A stretch of DNA of 64,000 bases from contig RQSC01000015.1 in the NCBI GenBank assembly GCA_013416795.1, positions 383,141-447,140 on the forward strand, given 5' to 3'. Below, piece by piece: positions 34,160 to 45,544 of the stretch. The DNA comes from Prasinococcaceae sp. CCMP 1430. Lineage: Eukaryota; Plantae; Prasinodermophyta. The stretch's first letter is position 1. Every line of letters begins with the position of its first letter. The notes under the pieces are model-generated. The model did no database searches and was not told the origin of the DNA. It saw only the letters and a program-made list of their open reading frames with translations. The position numbers were made by a program, and so were the translations under genes.

Positions 34160-35202
34160 GGCGCCCCCTGCCTCGCGCGCCTCGGCAGCCGGCCGCGCCC
34201 GCGTGCGGGGTGACGCGCGTCGCGCCGGGCACCCGGGCCGGGTCGCGCCCTGTGGCGCGGCCCCGCGGACGCGGCCGTGGACCCGCTCGCCCGCACGCCC
34301 GCACGCCTCGCCTCGCTTGGTCCCCCTCCTCCCCCGCGCCCGCGCATCCGCCGGCCGCGCCCCTCGCGCCCGACCAGAGCTCTCCGGTCCGTTGCGGTGC
34401 GGTCCGACCGCCGAGTGCGGCCGCGGGTGCGTTTCGAACTCTCGGTCGGTCGTCGGTCGGGTGGCCGGCTCTGGGAACCGGGGTCGTCGGCCGGTTCCCC
34501 GACCACCGCCAGGGAAGAATTCGAAAAGCGAGCGGGCGCGCGCGCGGCCGGATCCGACCGACCGAGGCGGCACTCCCATGCCGCTCTCTGCAACGACGCC
34601 CAGCCGCGGCCGTTTGACCGGCCGGCGGCGCGGCGCACGCGGAACGCGGGCGACCCACCTGCCGGACCGGCCGGCAGGCCTGGGCCGGGCGCATTTCCTC
34701 GCTCCCTCCCGGATCGACTGCCGACATCACGATCGGTCGTCGGTCGGTGTGTAGGCGACTCCGTCAGTCAGTTGGTCAGTCCGCGTCCCCTGCGTGCCTG
34801 CCTGGCTGGCTGGCGGCTGGCTGGCTGGGACGAGGAAACCCTCAGTGATTGGAACCTGAACCCTGGCCATCCCTGTCGTGCGTGCGCACCGCACAGGCAG
34901 GACGAAAGCGGCAGAGCGCGCTCGATCGAGCGCGGTCCGCGCAGCGAAGGTGAGCGCCTTCGGTCCGGTTTGAATCCGAGCGGAGGCGGCGTGGTTCCCC
35001 GACATCGTGAGTGCACGGTCGGACGCTCGCAGCAGATCGCGCGCGGCGACCGCGGGCGGCGGGGCCGCCCGCCCGCGGCTGGTGGGCCGCATCAGGCCGC
35101 ACAGCGCCGTCGCGCGGCGCGGCGGCCGGCTGCCGCTGGAGCACGCGGCCCGCCGCCCTCGGCCGCCGCCTCGCAGTCGCGCGTGCGCTCAGCGTGAGAG
35201 AC

Positions 35203-37873
35203 ATGGCGGGGGGAAGGGAGGACGAGTACGGCGGGTACTCGGACGACGACTTCGAGGAGGAGTATTCGGACGACGACTTCGAGGAGGACGACGGCGATGA
35301 TGCCGCCGTGGCTGCCGCGCCTGCGGCGCCAGCTCCGGCCGAGTCCGTCAGTGAGCTCGCCGAGGCGATGGCAGCGGAGAACGCCCGAGCGAAGGAGCGC
35401 GCGCTCGAGACGCAGCAGCGGCAGCAGCAGCAGCAGCCGCAGCAGCAAGGGCAGCGACGCTCGCAGCACCTGTATCAGCCCAACATGGCATACGCGCGCG
35501 CGCAACAGGAGCAGGCGCTGGCAAAGCCGCTGCCTCCTCGCGCAGCGGAGCGCTCGGAGGTTGCGCTGCCCGCGCAGCGTGTCGTCAAGGGCCTCCCAGG
35601 CAGCGGCGGAGGCTCCTCGGCCGGCCCCGTGAGCGACGCGTCGCGGGCGGCAGCGCGGCGTGTGGCAGCGCGCTGGGCAGCGCTCGCCTCGGGCGGCCGA
35701 CTGCCGCAGCTCGAGCTTTCGCCCCACGCGGAGGTGTTTGCGTTGGCGCCGCGCTCCGAGGCGGAGCTTGCCGCGCGTGGCAAGGGCGTGTACGCGCAGC
35801 GGCGCCCGGCAGGGACACAGACCAACGAAGAGGCGTGCGCGCCAGCCGAAAGAGAGGGAACCAATCGGCAAGCACGCCTCGGGCGCGAGTCGCAGACAGA
35901 GGACGTGCAGACGGCCACTGCGGTGGCGCAGGTACCTGAGGATGCGAGCGTCAAGACCGAGGCAGGCGCGCTCGGTACGCGATCGCCCGCGCGCGCCAGC
36001 GCCCGCGCGCCTCCCCTGTGGTCGATGCGTTCGCGCAGCGCTTCGACGAGTCCCCGCGGCCTGCGCACGCTCGTGCTGACGCGCGCTCCGCACGCGCATC
36101 CGCGCAGTGGATCCCAATGCAGTGGCGGATCGCTCGGCGCTCTCTCGTGGCTCTGGACGCGATGGCAAGAGCGGCGCAGACGCGCGCCCGCGGGCGACGC
36201 TGGGCTCGCTGGCGGGCCGCGGCGCGCAGCAAATGCTGCGCCTGAGCGCCTTCCTGCGACGCGCGGGACGCGCGGTGGAGGCGCTGCTGGAGGAGGGCGC
36301 CGGCACAGGCTCGGGTCAGGCGCTGGTTGTCGCCGGCGATGTTGGAAGGAGCGGGGTTTTCAAAATGGGCGCGAAAGGCAGTCTGTCGGCTGCGTGCGCC
36401 ACGCTGCGCTGTGCTCCAGATGCGCTCGCGGGCGCGAGGCGCGTGACCGACGTCGCGTACGACTCGCACGGAGGGGCGTTGCTCGTCGCATATAGCAGAG
36501 GGAGCGCCGGTGCGCCTTTCCTCCCCGGTGCTGTGCCCTCTCACATGGGGGCGGCCGCCGTGTGGGAGCTTCGCCGCCCGAGCGCACCCGCCCACCTCCT
36601 CTGCACGCAGGGCAGCCCGACGTGCGCGTGCTGGGGCAGCGGCGCGCAGGACCAACTTGCGTTCGCCGGCACAGACGCGGGCTCGGTGGTGGTGTGGGAC
36701 ACGCGAGGTAGCCGAGGCAGGGGCAGGGGCGGCGGCAAGGGTGCTCGCAACGGTGGCAAGGCTGCTTCCGGCACGGCCTCGCAGCCGGTGTACGTGTCTG
36801 ACTTCGACCAGTCGCGCAATCACGGCGGCGCCGTAGTCGCGGTCGCCGCGGCGACGTGGGGCGCCGGCGCGGGGGAGGCCGCCGGTGGCGGCGGCCTGCC
36901 TGGCGGTTCGTTTGCCATCGAAGCGGAGGGGGGTCGGGCCGGCGCCGGCGCAAGCACCGGCGCTGCAGGGGCGGGCGAGGCGGGCCCGGGTGGCCTGCAT
37001 CTGGTGACGCTTGACGAGCGCTCGGTGGCACACGTGTGGTCCGTGTCGGATGTAGTGCCTGACGAGGAGGCATCGGGATTTGCCGATGACTTTGGCCTGC
37101 AGCCGGGTGGTACGGCGCGGCTGGTGCGCGCGGCGACCGTGGATCTCATGCGCGGCAAACGCGCCGGGAGCCGCATGTCTACGGAGACGACGTCAGCCGT
37201 GTCGGCTTTGAATCGTCGACGCACATACGCCCTCGCGCTGTCGCCCGCCGACGCCAACGATTTCGTGGTGGCGTCGGACGGCGGCGTCCTTCTGCGCGGT
37301 GCGCAGTACGGCGCCCCGCCGCCTCCGCGCGCTTACGGACCTGCCACCTCTGCCACCGGCGCTGCTGGTGCCAGCAACGGAGCCGGCGCGAGCGGGGACG
37401 TGACCGCCGTGTCGTTCTGCCCGGCGATGGCATCGCTCTTCGCGGCGGGGTGTTCGGACGGCCGCGTTGCGCTGTACTCCAAGCGCGGCTCGGAGCCCGT
37501 GCGGGAGTGGGGAGACATCACGCGCGGAGCGCGCGTGACGGGCGTCGCATGGCTGCCCACGCGCCCGGCGTGCTTCGTCGTGCTGGACGCCGAGGGCTTC
37601 ACGCACCTCATGAGCCTCACGGACGATCCAGGCGGTCCCATTTGCTCGGAGCGCCTGGGCGCCGCCGACACCGCCGCCGAGGGCGACGCCGCGAGCGCGA
37701 CGTGCGTGCGATCGTCCGCCGACGGCTCCGGTGGCAGCATGCTGGCCGTGGGATACGACGATGGGCGCGTGGATGTGCACCTCGTGGCGCCCGCATTTGC
37801 CTCGAGCAGCAGCGTGGACCTCGAGGTCGAAGTGCTCGAGTCACTCGTGGAGGGCACGGCCGAGCCGCTCTAG
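35203..37873 (+). CDS. WDR60: Dynein-2 intermediate chain WDR60/DYNC2I1 (FAP163-like); exons 35203-35974, 36108-37873
   Basis: Acidic N-terminus, GTQTNEE..ESQTEDV (QT light-chain-binding-like motifs), RLSAFLRRAGRAVEALLEE, and C-terminal WD40s VSFCP..SLFAAGCSDGRVALY and VTGVAWLPTRPACFVV. Phase-1 intron 35975-36107. Confidence 0.87.
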
Positions 37874-37998
37874 AGGCGCGACGGCTACGCCGCGCGCGCC
37901 CCACGCGCGCGCGCAACGGCGCTGCGGCGGCGGTGTAAGATGCTGAGTATTATGCTGCGTGCGTTCGGGCGCCGCCCGCCGGGCCGCGCCGCGTCCAC

Positions 37999-39073
37999 CT
38001 AGGCGGAGATTTTGGGCGCGGCCTTGGGCACGCCCATGATGTCGCGGGAGTGCTCGTAGACGACGAAGGCGATGCCGATGGAGGGCCCGACTTTCAAAAA
38101 GTTTGGCACGATTCCCTTCCACAGCGCCGCGACCCCCTCCTCCTTGACGGTGCGCTTGAAGGCGTCCATCATGGACATGTACGCGACCTGCCGCTTCGGG
38201 GCCGCCCCGGCCGCCGCCGCGCCCCCGCCCCGGCCGGACTTCGCGGCGGCCTCCGTCAGGATGGTCTGCTCGGCGGTGTTGCCCTTCCAGCCCTCGACTT
38301 GCATTCGTCTCCTCGCGACGTCGAACGGGTACGCGAAGGTTTGGCCGACGCATCCCGCGAACGTTCCGGCCGCGAGCTTCATCCCCGTGCTGAGCTCGTT
38401 CTCAGTCTGGAGGCCGTAGTGCAGGCACGCCTCGTGCTTGAGGGTTTCGTAGACGCCGAAGTTCATCCCCGCGTACGGGATGACGCCGATGACGCTCGGC
38501 AGCCACCCCTTGAAGAGCGCCCGCACGCCCTCCTCGCGCGCGACGCTCACGAACGCGTGCCCCATGCCGCGGTACAGCGAGCCGCCCGTTTCCGTCTGCA
38601 CGCTCAGGCGGCCGCGCACCATGTCCAGCGGGTACGTGCTGCTCATGGCGACGATCCCCGCCGCGGCCCCCGCGACCAGGCGCAGCGCCGGCGTCATTTT
38701 TTCCTCCGCACCGGAGTAGCGCTGGTACGCGTGGATGAGGTCCTTGGCCTCCTCGAACGCGTAGAACTTGAGCGCGCTGTTGGGAAAGATGCGGATGCAG
38801 TTGGCGCCGTTCCCGCGGAAGTACCCCTTGAGGCCCTCTTTCTGGCCGATGGTCACGAGCGCGGACCACACCGAGGGCGGCTTGGTGTGCTGCACCTGGT
38901 AGAGGATTTTGAGGCGCTCGAGCGGCGCGACCGCGGTGCGCGACAGCGCGCCCGCCAGGCCGCCCGCGAAGAGGCTCCGCGTGACGGCGCTCGCCGACTT
39001 GTCCGCCCCCCCGGCCGCCGCCGCGTTGCCCTCTGCCGCCGAGGCGGCCGCAAGGCGCGTGGGCGACGCGTGC
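37999..39073 (-). CDS. Mitochondrial carrier, plant ADNT1-like adenine nucleotide transporter; 5' end in gap
   Basis: Three Px[DE]xx[KR]x[RK] repeats: APLERLKIL, YPLDMVRGRL and YPFDVARRRMQ. Also SLFAGGLAGALSRTAVAP and FKGWLPSVIGVIPYAGMNFGVYE. Confidence 0.93.
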
Positions 39074-40143
39074 NNNNNNNNNNNNNNNNNNNNNNNNNNN
39101 NNNNNNNNNNNNNNNNNNNNNNNNNNNNNNGTCCGCCTGTGGCGCCGCCGCGCGGCGGGCGGGCTGGCGCCCGCGCCACGCGCGCGAGCTGCGTGCAGGC
39201 GGATAATAAATCAAAATCTAAATCTGGGCCGGCAGCGCGCAACGGCGCGGGGTTTTGGTGCGCGATTGGTGCGTCCAATTGGTTGTAGTCAGCTGACCCG
39301 ATTCTCGATCGATCGGGACGGTATCGATCGATGGGGCGCTTGCGGGGCTGGGTGGGTGCCCGCCGATGGCGATGTTTGTTTGAACAAGTTTGGGTTTTTT
39401 TTTGCCTCCGTCGATGGACCGACCGAGGGCGGGAACACACACAAATCGGCCGGCGAGCCATCGTGGAGCGTCGATCCCCCGGCATGCGTCGTGAACCCTC
39501 GTTTGCACCCCCGGTCAAAGACCGTTTCTTTGGGTGGGTGGTCGGCCCGGGCGGGTCCCCCCTCCCCCACCCGCCCTCGCACGCCTGCCTGCCACCTCAG
39601 CGCGCTCCGGTGCTGCGGGGGGAGGGGATGTGGGGGGGGGNNNNNNNNNNNNNNNNNNNNNNNNNNNNNNNNNNNNNNNNNNNNNNNNNNNNNNNNNNNN
39701 NNNNNNNNNNNNNNNNNNNNNNNNNNNNNNNNNNNNNNNNNNNNNNNNNNNNNNNNNNNNNNNNNNNNNNNNNNNNNNNNNNNNNNNNNNNNNNNNNNNN
39801 NNNNNNNNNNNNNNNNNNNNNNNNNNNNNNNNNNNNNNNNNNNNNNNNNNNNNNNNNNNNNNNNNNNNNNNNNNNNNNNNNNNNNNNNNNNNNNNNNNNN
39901 NNNNNNNNNNNNNNNNNNNNNNNNNNNNNNNNNNNNNNNNNNNNNNNNNNNNNNNNNNNNNNNNNNNNNNNNNNNNNNNNNNNNNNNNNNNNNNNNNNNN
40001 NNNNNNNNNNNNNNNNNNNNNNNNNNNNNNNNNNNNNNNNNNNNNNNNNNNNNNNNNNNNNNNNNNNNNNNNNNNNNNNNNNNNNNNNNNNNNNNNNNNN
40101 NNNNNNNNNNNNNNNNNNNNNNNNNNNNNNNNNNNNNNNNNNN

Positions 40144-40295
40144 GCGGAGCTATTAAAATTAATAACTCTCAAACGCACCTTAGTTGGGATGATCAAACCA
40201 ATAAAGGAACGGTTTTAGGATTTGCAGCACGCTCTTCAGTGTTATTAAATATTAATGAGCTTTTAGTTGTTGAATTTTATTCACGTAAACTATAA
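40144..40295 (+). pseudogene. rps4: Plastid-derived rps4 3' fragment (5' part in gap)
   Basis: AT-rich. Translates ..HLSWDDQTNKGTVLGFAARSSVLLNINELLVVEFYSRKL*, and INELLVVE[YF]YSR is the plastid S4 C-terminal signature. Confidence 0.85.
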
Positions 40296-40367
40296 AAATG
40301 ATTTTTTTTTAAGGTACATTAAAGTAATTTAATGTATCTTAAATTAATAAAATTTATTAAATTAAAA

Positions 40368-40407
40368 AAATACTTAGTGTTTTGATAAGTCAAAACACTA
40401 AGTATTT
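40368..40407. terminator. Perfect 18-bp stem / 4-nt loop hairpin between convergent rps4 and psbJ
   Basis: AAATACTTAGTGTTTTGA-TAAG-TCAAAACACTAAGTATTT. Two smaller hairpins lie at ~40311-40340 and ~40344-40360. This is typical plastid 3'-end stem-loop organisation. Confidence 0.85.
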
Positions 40408-40458
40408 GTCCACGAATAGTCTAGGGTCAAAAAACGTTTACACCTAAATAATATAGAT

Positions 40459-40587
40459 TTATAACGAAGAACCTAGTCCAGTGTACGAACCATAAAAGAA
40501 GACACCCGCAAGTGTAATTGCTGCTAGTCCTGCAGCCGTACCAACAAGCCATAATGGGATTCGTCCCGTTGTACCAGTATTTGCCAT
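40459..40587 (-). CDS. psbJ: Plastid photosystem II subunit J, intact 42-aa ORF inside the plastid DNA island
   Basis: [42 protein letters not shown], preceded by an SD-like GAAGGA. Not listed in the ORF track. Confidence 0.93.
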   Translation of the reverse strand: MANTGTTGRIPLWLVGTAAGLAAITLAGVFFYGSYTGLGSSL

Positions 40588-40841
40588 ATTTCCTTCACGC
40601 CAGGCAGGGGCCGCGGCCGCGGCCGCGGCGCCGCCAACGGCGGCGTTGTCGCGCGGCGCGTGTGGCGGCGAGACGCCGGCGAAGCAGCAGGGGACTCCAC
40701 GGCACTCGCCACGTGACCCTCCCCACCGTCGACGTCGTCATAGGTTTCGAAAATTAAGAATCGGTCCGCCATCGGAGCCACGCGCGGGCAGTGGGCGCGT
40801 CGCGCGAAGCTCAATAGGGGGCGCGCGCGCCCTGCCTCGGG

Positions 40842-42595
40842 TCACGCGCGCTTGGCCTCCTCCCCCTTTGCCGACTCGCTGGGCACCATCGACAGCAGCG
40901 GCAGGGGCAGAAGACTGCTCATGCCACAGATGAGGATGAGCGTGCTCAGGTTGCCAAAGTCATCCTTGGAGACGCCGAGCGAGTCGGTGATCACGCCTCC
41001 GAGCAGCCCGCTCGACACGTAGCCCGCGTTGCAAATGGACATGAGCAGCGCGAACAGCGTGGCTTCGACGCCCTCGGGGCACACGCGCGCAGCGAGCACG
41101 AGGACGGGCATGAAGGCGACTGCGAGGCGAGCACGCAGGGGTTGAGTGTGCGCGGTGGGTGTGTGTGTGTGTGTGTGGGGGGGGCGCACACCTCGTCAGC
41201 TGCACGCAGGTGAAACGCGCGACCAGGAGTGCCGGGAGCGTGAAGGGGGGAGAAGAAGGAGGAGGCTCGGCGCCGACGCGCGCGGCGGCACGCACGCACC
41301 CTGTCCCACCACGGCGAGCGCGATCGAGTCCGCCACCGCGAAGACCTCGTTGGGCACCCCCAGCTGCGTGTTGAGGCCGTTGACGAGCACGAGCTGCGTG
41401 AGGCTGAGCGCCGTGCCCACCAGCGCGCTGTACAAGAAAATCTTGCGCAACGGCGTCCTCTGCAGCAAGTTGTTGTACAGCACGACGCCACAGAGGCTCG
41501 CGATGGCGGTGGCCAGCTGCACCCGCCCGAGGAACTCGGGCGTGAAGCCCAGTTCCTCCGTCTGGAAGAAGAACATGGCCTGGGAGGCCTGCGGCGTCGC
41601 CTGCCACAGGAAGAGGAAGGCGGTGGGCGACCAGATGTCGCGCCGGCGCACCGCGCGCCACAGGCTGAGCGTCTGCTCCCGCGCCGCGCGCGCCGCGCCG
41701 GCCGGCGAGAGCCACTCGCCGGAGGCGCCGTCGACGCGCTCCTCCTCGAGCACGAGCGCGACGGCGGTCACGAGCAGCGGCAGCGCGGCCGTCACCGTGA
41801 ACACGAAGCGAGGCCCGTACTCCTCCACGAGGTGGCCGCCGTACAGCGCCGCGATGATGGAGCCCACGGCGCGCGCGCCCCAGCTGAGGCTCTGCAGCGA
41901 GCCCTCCAGATCCGGGTCGTCCACCTCGCGCACGCGCTCGACGACCACCGAGTCGACGACGACGTCCGCCATCGCAACTCCCACGTTGCTCAGCACGAGC
42001 CCCCCGATCACCGCGCCCTTGCCGTGCGCGAGCGTCGCCAGCGTCGCCCAGCCCAGGCTGCCCGCGACGCCGCACACTGCCATGTAGCTGCGCCGCCGGT
42101 AGCCCGCCAGCGGGAAGCTGTCGCTCACGAAGCCGTAGAGCGGCTTGATCAGCCACGGAAAGGTGCCGCAGCTCGTGACGAAGGCCACCTCGGCGGGCGA
42201 CAGCCCAATCTCGTCCTTGAGGAAGAAGCTCACCGCCAGGTTGGAGAGCCCCACGACCCCTGCGCGCAGCGGAGCGCGCGGCAGGGAGGGTCAGAGACGG
42301 CGCGCCCCTTTTGGTGCGCGCGCCCGCGCGCGCTCGCAGACGCGGCCGCGCGCTCGCGTCCGCGCGCGCGCGCGCACCCTGCACGAAATACACGAGCGCT
42401 ATGGCGAGCGTGTCAGCCGACGGCTCCACCCCGAAGAAGAGCGCGCGCCCGAGGCGCGTGAAGGACGAGTCGGAGCGCCGCAGCAGCGAGCGCTCCGCTG
42501 GTGCTGCGCCGTTTCCGTTCGCCCCCGCCCGTGCGCCGTCGGCGGCCTCCGCGTCCACGACCTCGACGCGCACGCCGCCGTCGCGGCGGTCCGCG
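40842..42595 (-). CDS. Folate-biopterin transporter (BT1/FBT, MFS); 5' end in gap; exons <42595-42378, 42259-41300, 41119-40842
   Basis: FFGVEP...[88 protein letters not shown]. Two GT-AG introns keep the frame. Confidence 0.92.
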
Positions 42596-42901
42596 NNNNN
42601 NNNNNNNNNNNNNNNNNNNNNNNNNNNNNNNNNNNNNNNNNNNNNNNNNNNNNNNNNNNNNNNNNNNNNNNNNNNNNNNNNNNNNNNNNNNNNNNNNNNN
42701 NNNNNNNNNNNNNNNNNNNNNNNNNNNNNNNNNNNNNNNNNNNNNNNNNNNNNNNNNNNNNNNNNNNNNNNNNNNNNNNNNNNNNNNNNNNNNNNNNNNN
42801 NNNNNNNNNNNNNNNNNNNNNNNNNNNNNNNNNNNNNNNNNNNNNNNNNNNNNNNNNNNNNNNNNNNNNNNNNNNNNNNNNNNNNNNNNNNNNNNNNNNN
42901 N

Positions 42902-43907
42902 GGCGGGAGGCGCGCGTGGCGGCGCGCGCCGTGGCGGCGGCGGCGCCCACCGGGGTCGAAGCGCTCGCGTCGTGCGACATCCCGCTGCGGTTCGACTCGG
43001 CGCCCAACGTGCACGTGGCCGTGTACGGCGTCATCCACTGCACGCCGCGCGGCGAAATCGGCGACGCCCTGCTCGCCTCGCAGGCGGCCGCGGTGGTCGT
43101 GGAGACGGCCGCGTCGCCCGCGCACGGCTCCGAGCGCATGGCGACGATCACGCTCGAGGAGGCGGCGGCCATCGACGAGCCCTGCGTCGCCAAGATGTGC
43201 GCGGGGTGCGCCATGGAGCTCTCGAGTCGCCAGCAGTCCCTCGGCGAGCAGGCCGGCGCCGACGCGTACGCGGCCGTCCGCGCCAACATGGGCGGCGAGC
43301 AGCTCGCGTACGTGACCGCGTGGCTGAGCGGCGCGAAGCTCGTGTTCGGCGACCGCCCCAAGAAAGAGACGTGGCGCCGGCTCATGCGCGTGGCGACGGC
43401 GTCCTCCGCCGACGCCTGCTTCACCGCCGCCAACATCGAGCGGTACTACGAGGAGATCCTCCCGCAGCTCTCGGACGCCGCGCGCGAGGCCGCGACGGCC
43501 GCGCTCGCCGACGACATCTGGCGCGACGTCGCCATCGTGGAGCGCGACGTCGTGCTGCTGCACTCGCTGCGTGAGGCGGCCGAGGCGGAGGAGAAGGCGG
43601 CGGCGGCGGAGGGGCGCGACCCGCGCCCCGTGGTGGGAGTGGTGGGCGAGGCGCACGTCGAGGGCATCCTCCGCCACGCCGCCGCCACCGCCGTCGCCGG
43701 CCTGCCCACCGGCGGCGTCATGCTCGCCGCCGACGGGCTCGAGCCGCTGGCCCCGCTCGTGGGCGACGGGGGAGACGGCGACGGGGGAGACAGCGGGATG
43801 GACGGGGAGGAGGCCCTGGTGGCGCGCGCGTGCTTGGAGATGGTCACCGCCATGAGGTGCAACCCGGAGTGAGTCCTCTTTCTTTTTTTTGCAAGCGCGC
43901 GCGCGCG

Positions 43908-43947
<40 letters not shown>

Positions 43948-44595
43948 CGGGGGGGGGGGGGGGGGGGGGGGCTGCGGATGCGGCGTGAGACGAGTGCCGC
44001 GCGGAGGAGATGTGGCGCGAGACGGGTGGCGCTCGCGGCGCGGTTGCCGTCGCGCCTGCGCGCTGACCGGGCGCTGCGCTCGCAGGGTGGTGCAAGACAT
44101 GATGGACGAGCTCGGAGACGTCATGGAGGGAGAGCCCGGGGCGGACGCCTACGCGGGCGCCTTCTGGCTGTGCGTGGCGCCGAGAGCGCGCGCCGGCGCG
44201 CGACGCGCGCGTTCGCGAGCGCGCGCGTGCGTGGTCGGCGCTGACTCGATGCGCGCGCGCGCGCGGCGTGCGCGNNNNNNNNNNNNNNNNNGCGCAGCTA
44301 CGGCGCGGCGCTCCCCGGGTGCGCGGCGGGCCCCGCCTCCCTTCCCCCCGCGCTCGCCGACGAGCTTCGCTCGGCCTGGCCGCGCGGATCCGACGCGGAC
44401 GGCCTCGAGGAGTTGAGGGCCCTCCGACCGGGGGCGGGGGGTCCCGGCTACGCCCAGGCGCCGGAGGACGTCGGAGGGGCGCGCTGGGCGGTGCCCGGCC
44501 CGCCGTGCGAGGCCGCGGGCGAAGAGACTGCCGCTCGTGAGGGGGGGGACGCCGAGGGGGGCGATGGCTCTCCCTTCGTCGACGTGACCGTGTGA
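42902..44595 (+). CDS. TraB-family (TraB/PrgY/GumN) protein; 5' end in gap; exons <42902-43868, 44086-44169, 44298-44595
   Basis: VYGVIH, GGEQLAY, LVFGDRPKKETWRRL, IVERDVVL and VVGVVGEAHVEGI. A GA|GTGAGT donor at 43869 bypasses the apparent stop, and two further phase-2 exons give an open frame to 44595. Confidence 0.75.
43909..43971 (+). repeat. 63-nt poly-G tract (one C) inside an intron
   Basis: Seen directly, preceded by a T-tract and a (GC)n run. Confidence 0.9.
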
Positions 44596-44862
44596 GCGCT
44601 CCGGACATACAGTAGACTATAAATGTATCAAGCATTTCACAGGATTGCCGTAGCGCCGCGTGCGAGTGTGGGGGGCGCCCTGCCCGCCTCTAGCTAGATC
44701 AGAGCGCAGAAGAGGGAGTCGTCTCGTTCGTGTGCTCGCTCTCCCTCCTCCTCCTGCTGCGCAGCCGCAGGAAGAGGAGGGCGGCCACCACGGCGGCGGC
44801 GGCGGCGCTGGCGGCGGCGATGCCGCCGGCGCTGTGAGGCGCGGAAGTCCTTGGAGACGGGC

Positions 44863-45056
44863 TCGGAGGAGGAGGAAGCGGTGGTGGTGGTGGGCTCGGA
44901 GGAGGCGCGCTCGGAGGGGGCGGGCTCGGAGGAGGCGGGCTCGGAGGAGGTGGGCTCGGAGGGGGCGGAGGAGGCGGGCTCGGAGGAGGCGTTGGGGGGG
45001 GCGAAGGAGGCAGACTTGGAGGAGGCGGGCTCGGCGGAGGCGGGCTCGGAGGAGGG
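44863..45056. repeat. 15-bp minisatellite (GGGCTCGGAGGAGGC-like units)
   Basis: Repeated GGCTCGGAGG core; reads as GSEEA on + and SEPAS on -. Confidence 0.8.
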
Positions 45057-45412
45057 CGAGGGCCAGCGCTGGCGGATGCAGCGGGGAAAGAGTGCTCTTA
45101 TTGGGAGCGCTTTGGCAGAATGCATTCGTTTTGACCTGGGCTGGAGGGCGAGGGGCCGACTGCAATTCGCACGTAAAAATGCATGGGGACAGCGGACGGC
45201 GTCGAGCGCCGTTATTATTATAGGGATCTGCGGCTAGGTAAAACGCATGCGGCGGGTGCGGCGGCCGGCGCGGGAATAAGCGCCTCGCGGGCGGCATTTA
45301 GGACCCGGGGGCGGAATTAAGGTCGAGGGGTGGGAATTAAGGTCGGTCCGTTACGAATTAGGATTGGCGCGCGCGCCGGGGGTGGNNNNNNNNNNNNNNN
45401 NNTGGACTGGAT

Positions 45413-45505
45413 ACTAGGGTCTAGGGTCTAGGGTTTAGGGTCTAGGGTTTAAAGGGTTTAGGGTTTAGGGTTTAGGGTTTAGGGTTTAGGGTTTAGGGTT
45501 TAGGG
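45413..45505 (+). repeat. Interstitial telomeric array: 6 variant/mixed units (ACTAGGG, TCTAGGG, TTTAGGG, TTTAAAGGG) followed by 7 perfect TTTAGGG
   Basis: Counted directly from the sequence; TTTAGGG is the plant/green-algal telomere repeat. Confidence 0.97.
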
Positions 45506-45544
45506 TCGCCGCCGCGCCGCGCGGCCGCCACGGCGCTCTTCGGC

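Noticed and set aside
34160-34579. 140-aa N-terminal extension of IFT172 in the ORF track
   Set aside because: The conserved IFT172 N-terminus begins at ATG 34159, and the upstream open frame is low-complexity GC-rich promoter/UTR sequence.
44863-45345. CRISPR-like array from the short direct repeats
   Set aside because: The repeats are tandem or have no unique 25-40-nt spacers, the context is eukaryotic, and there are no cas genes.
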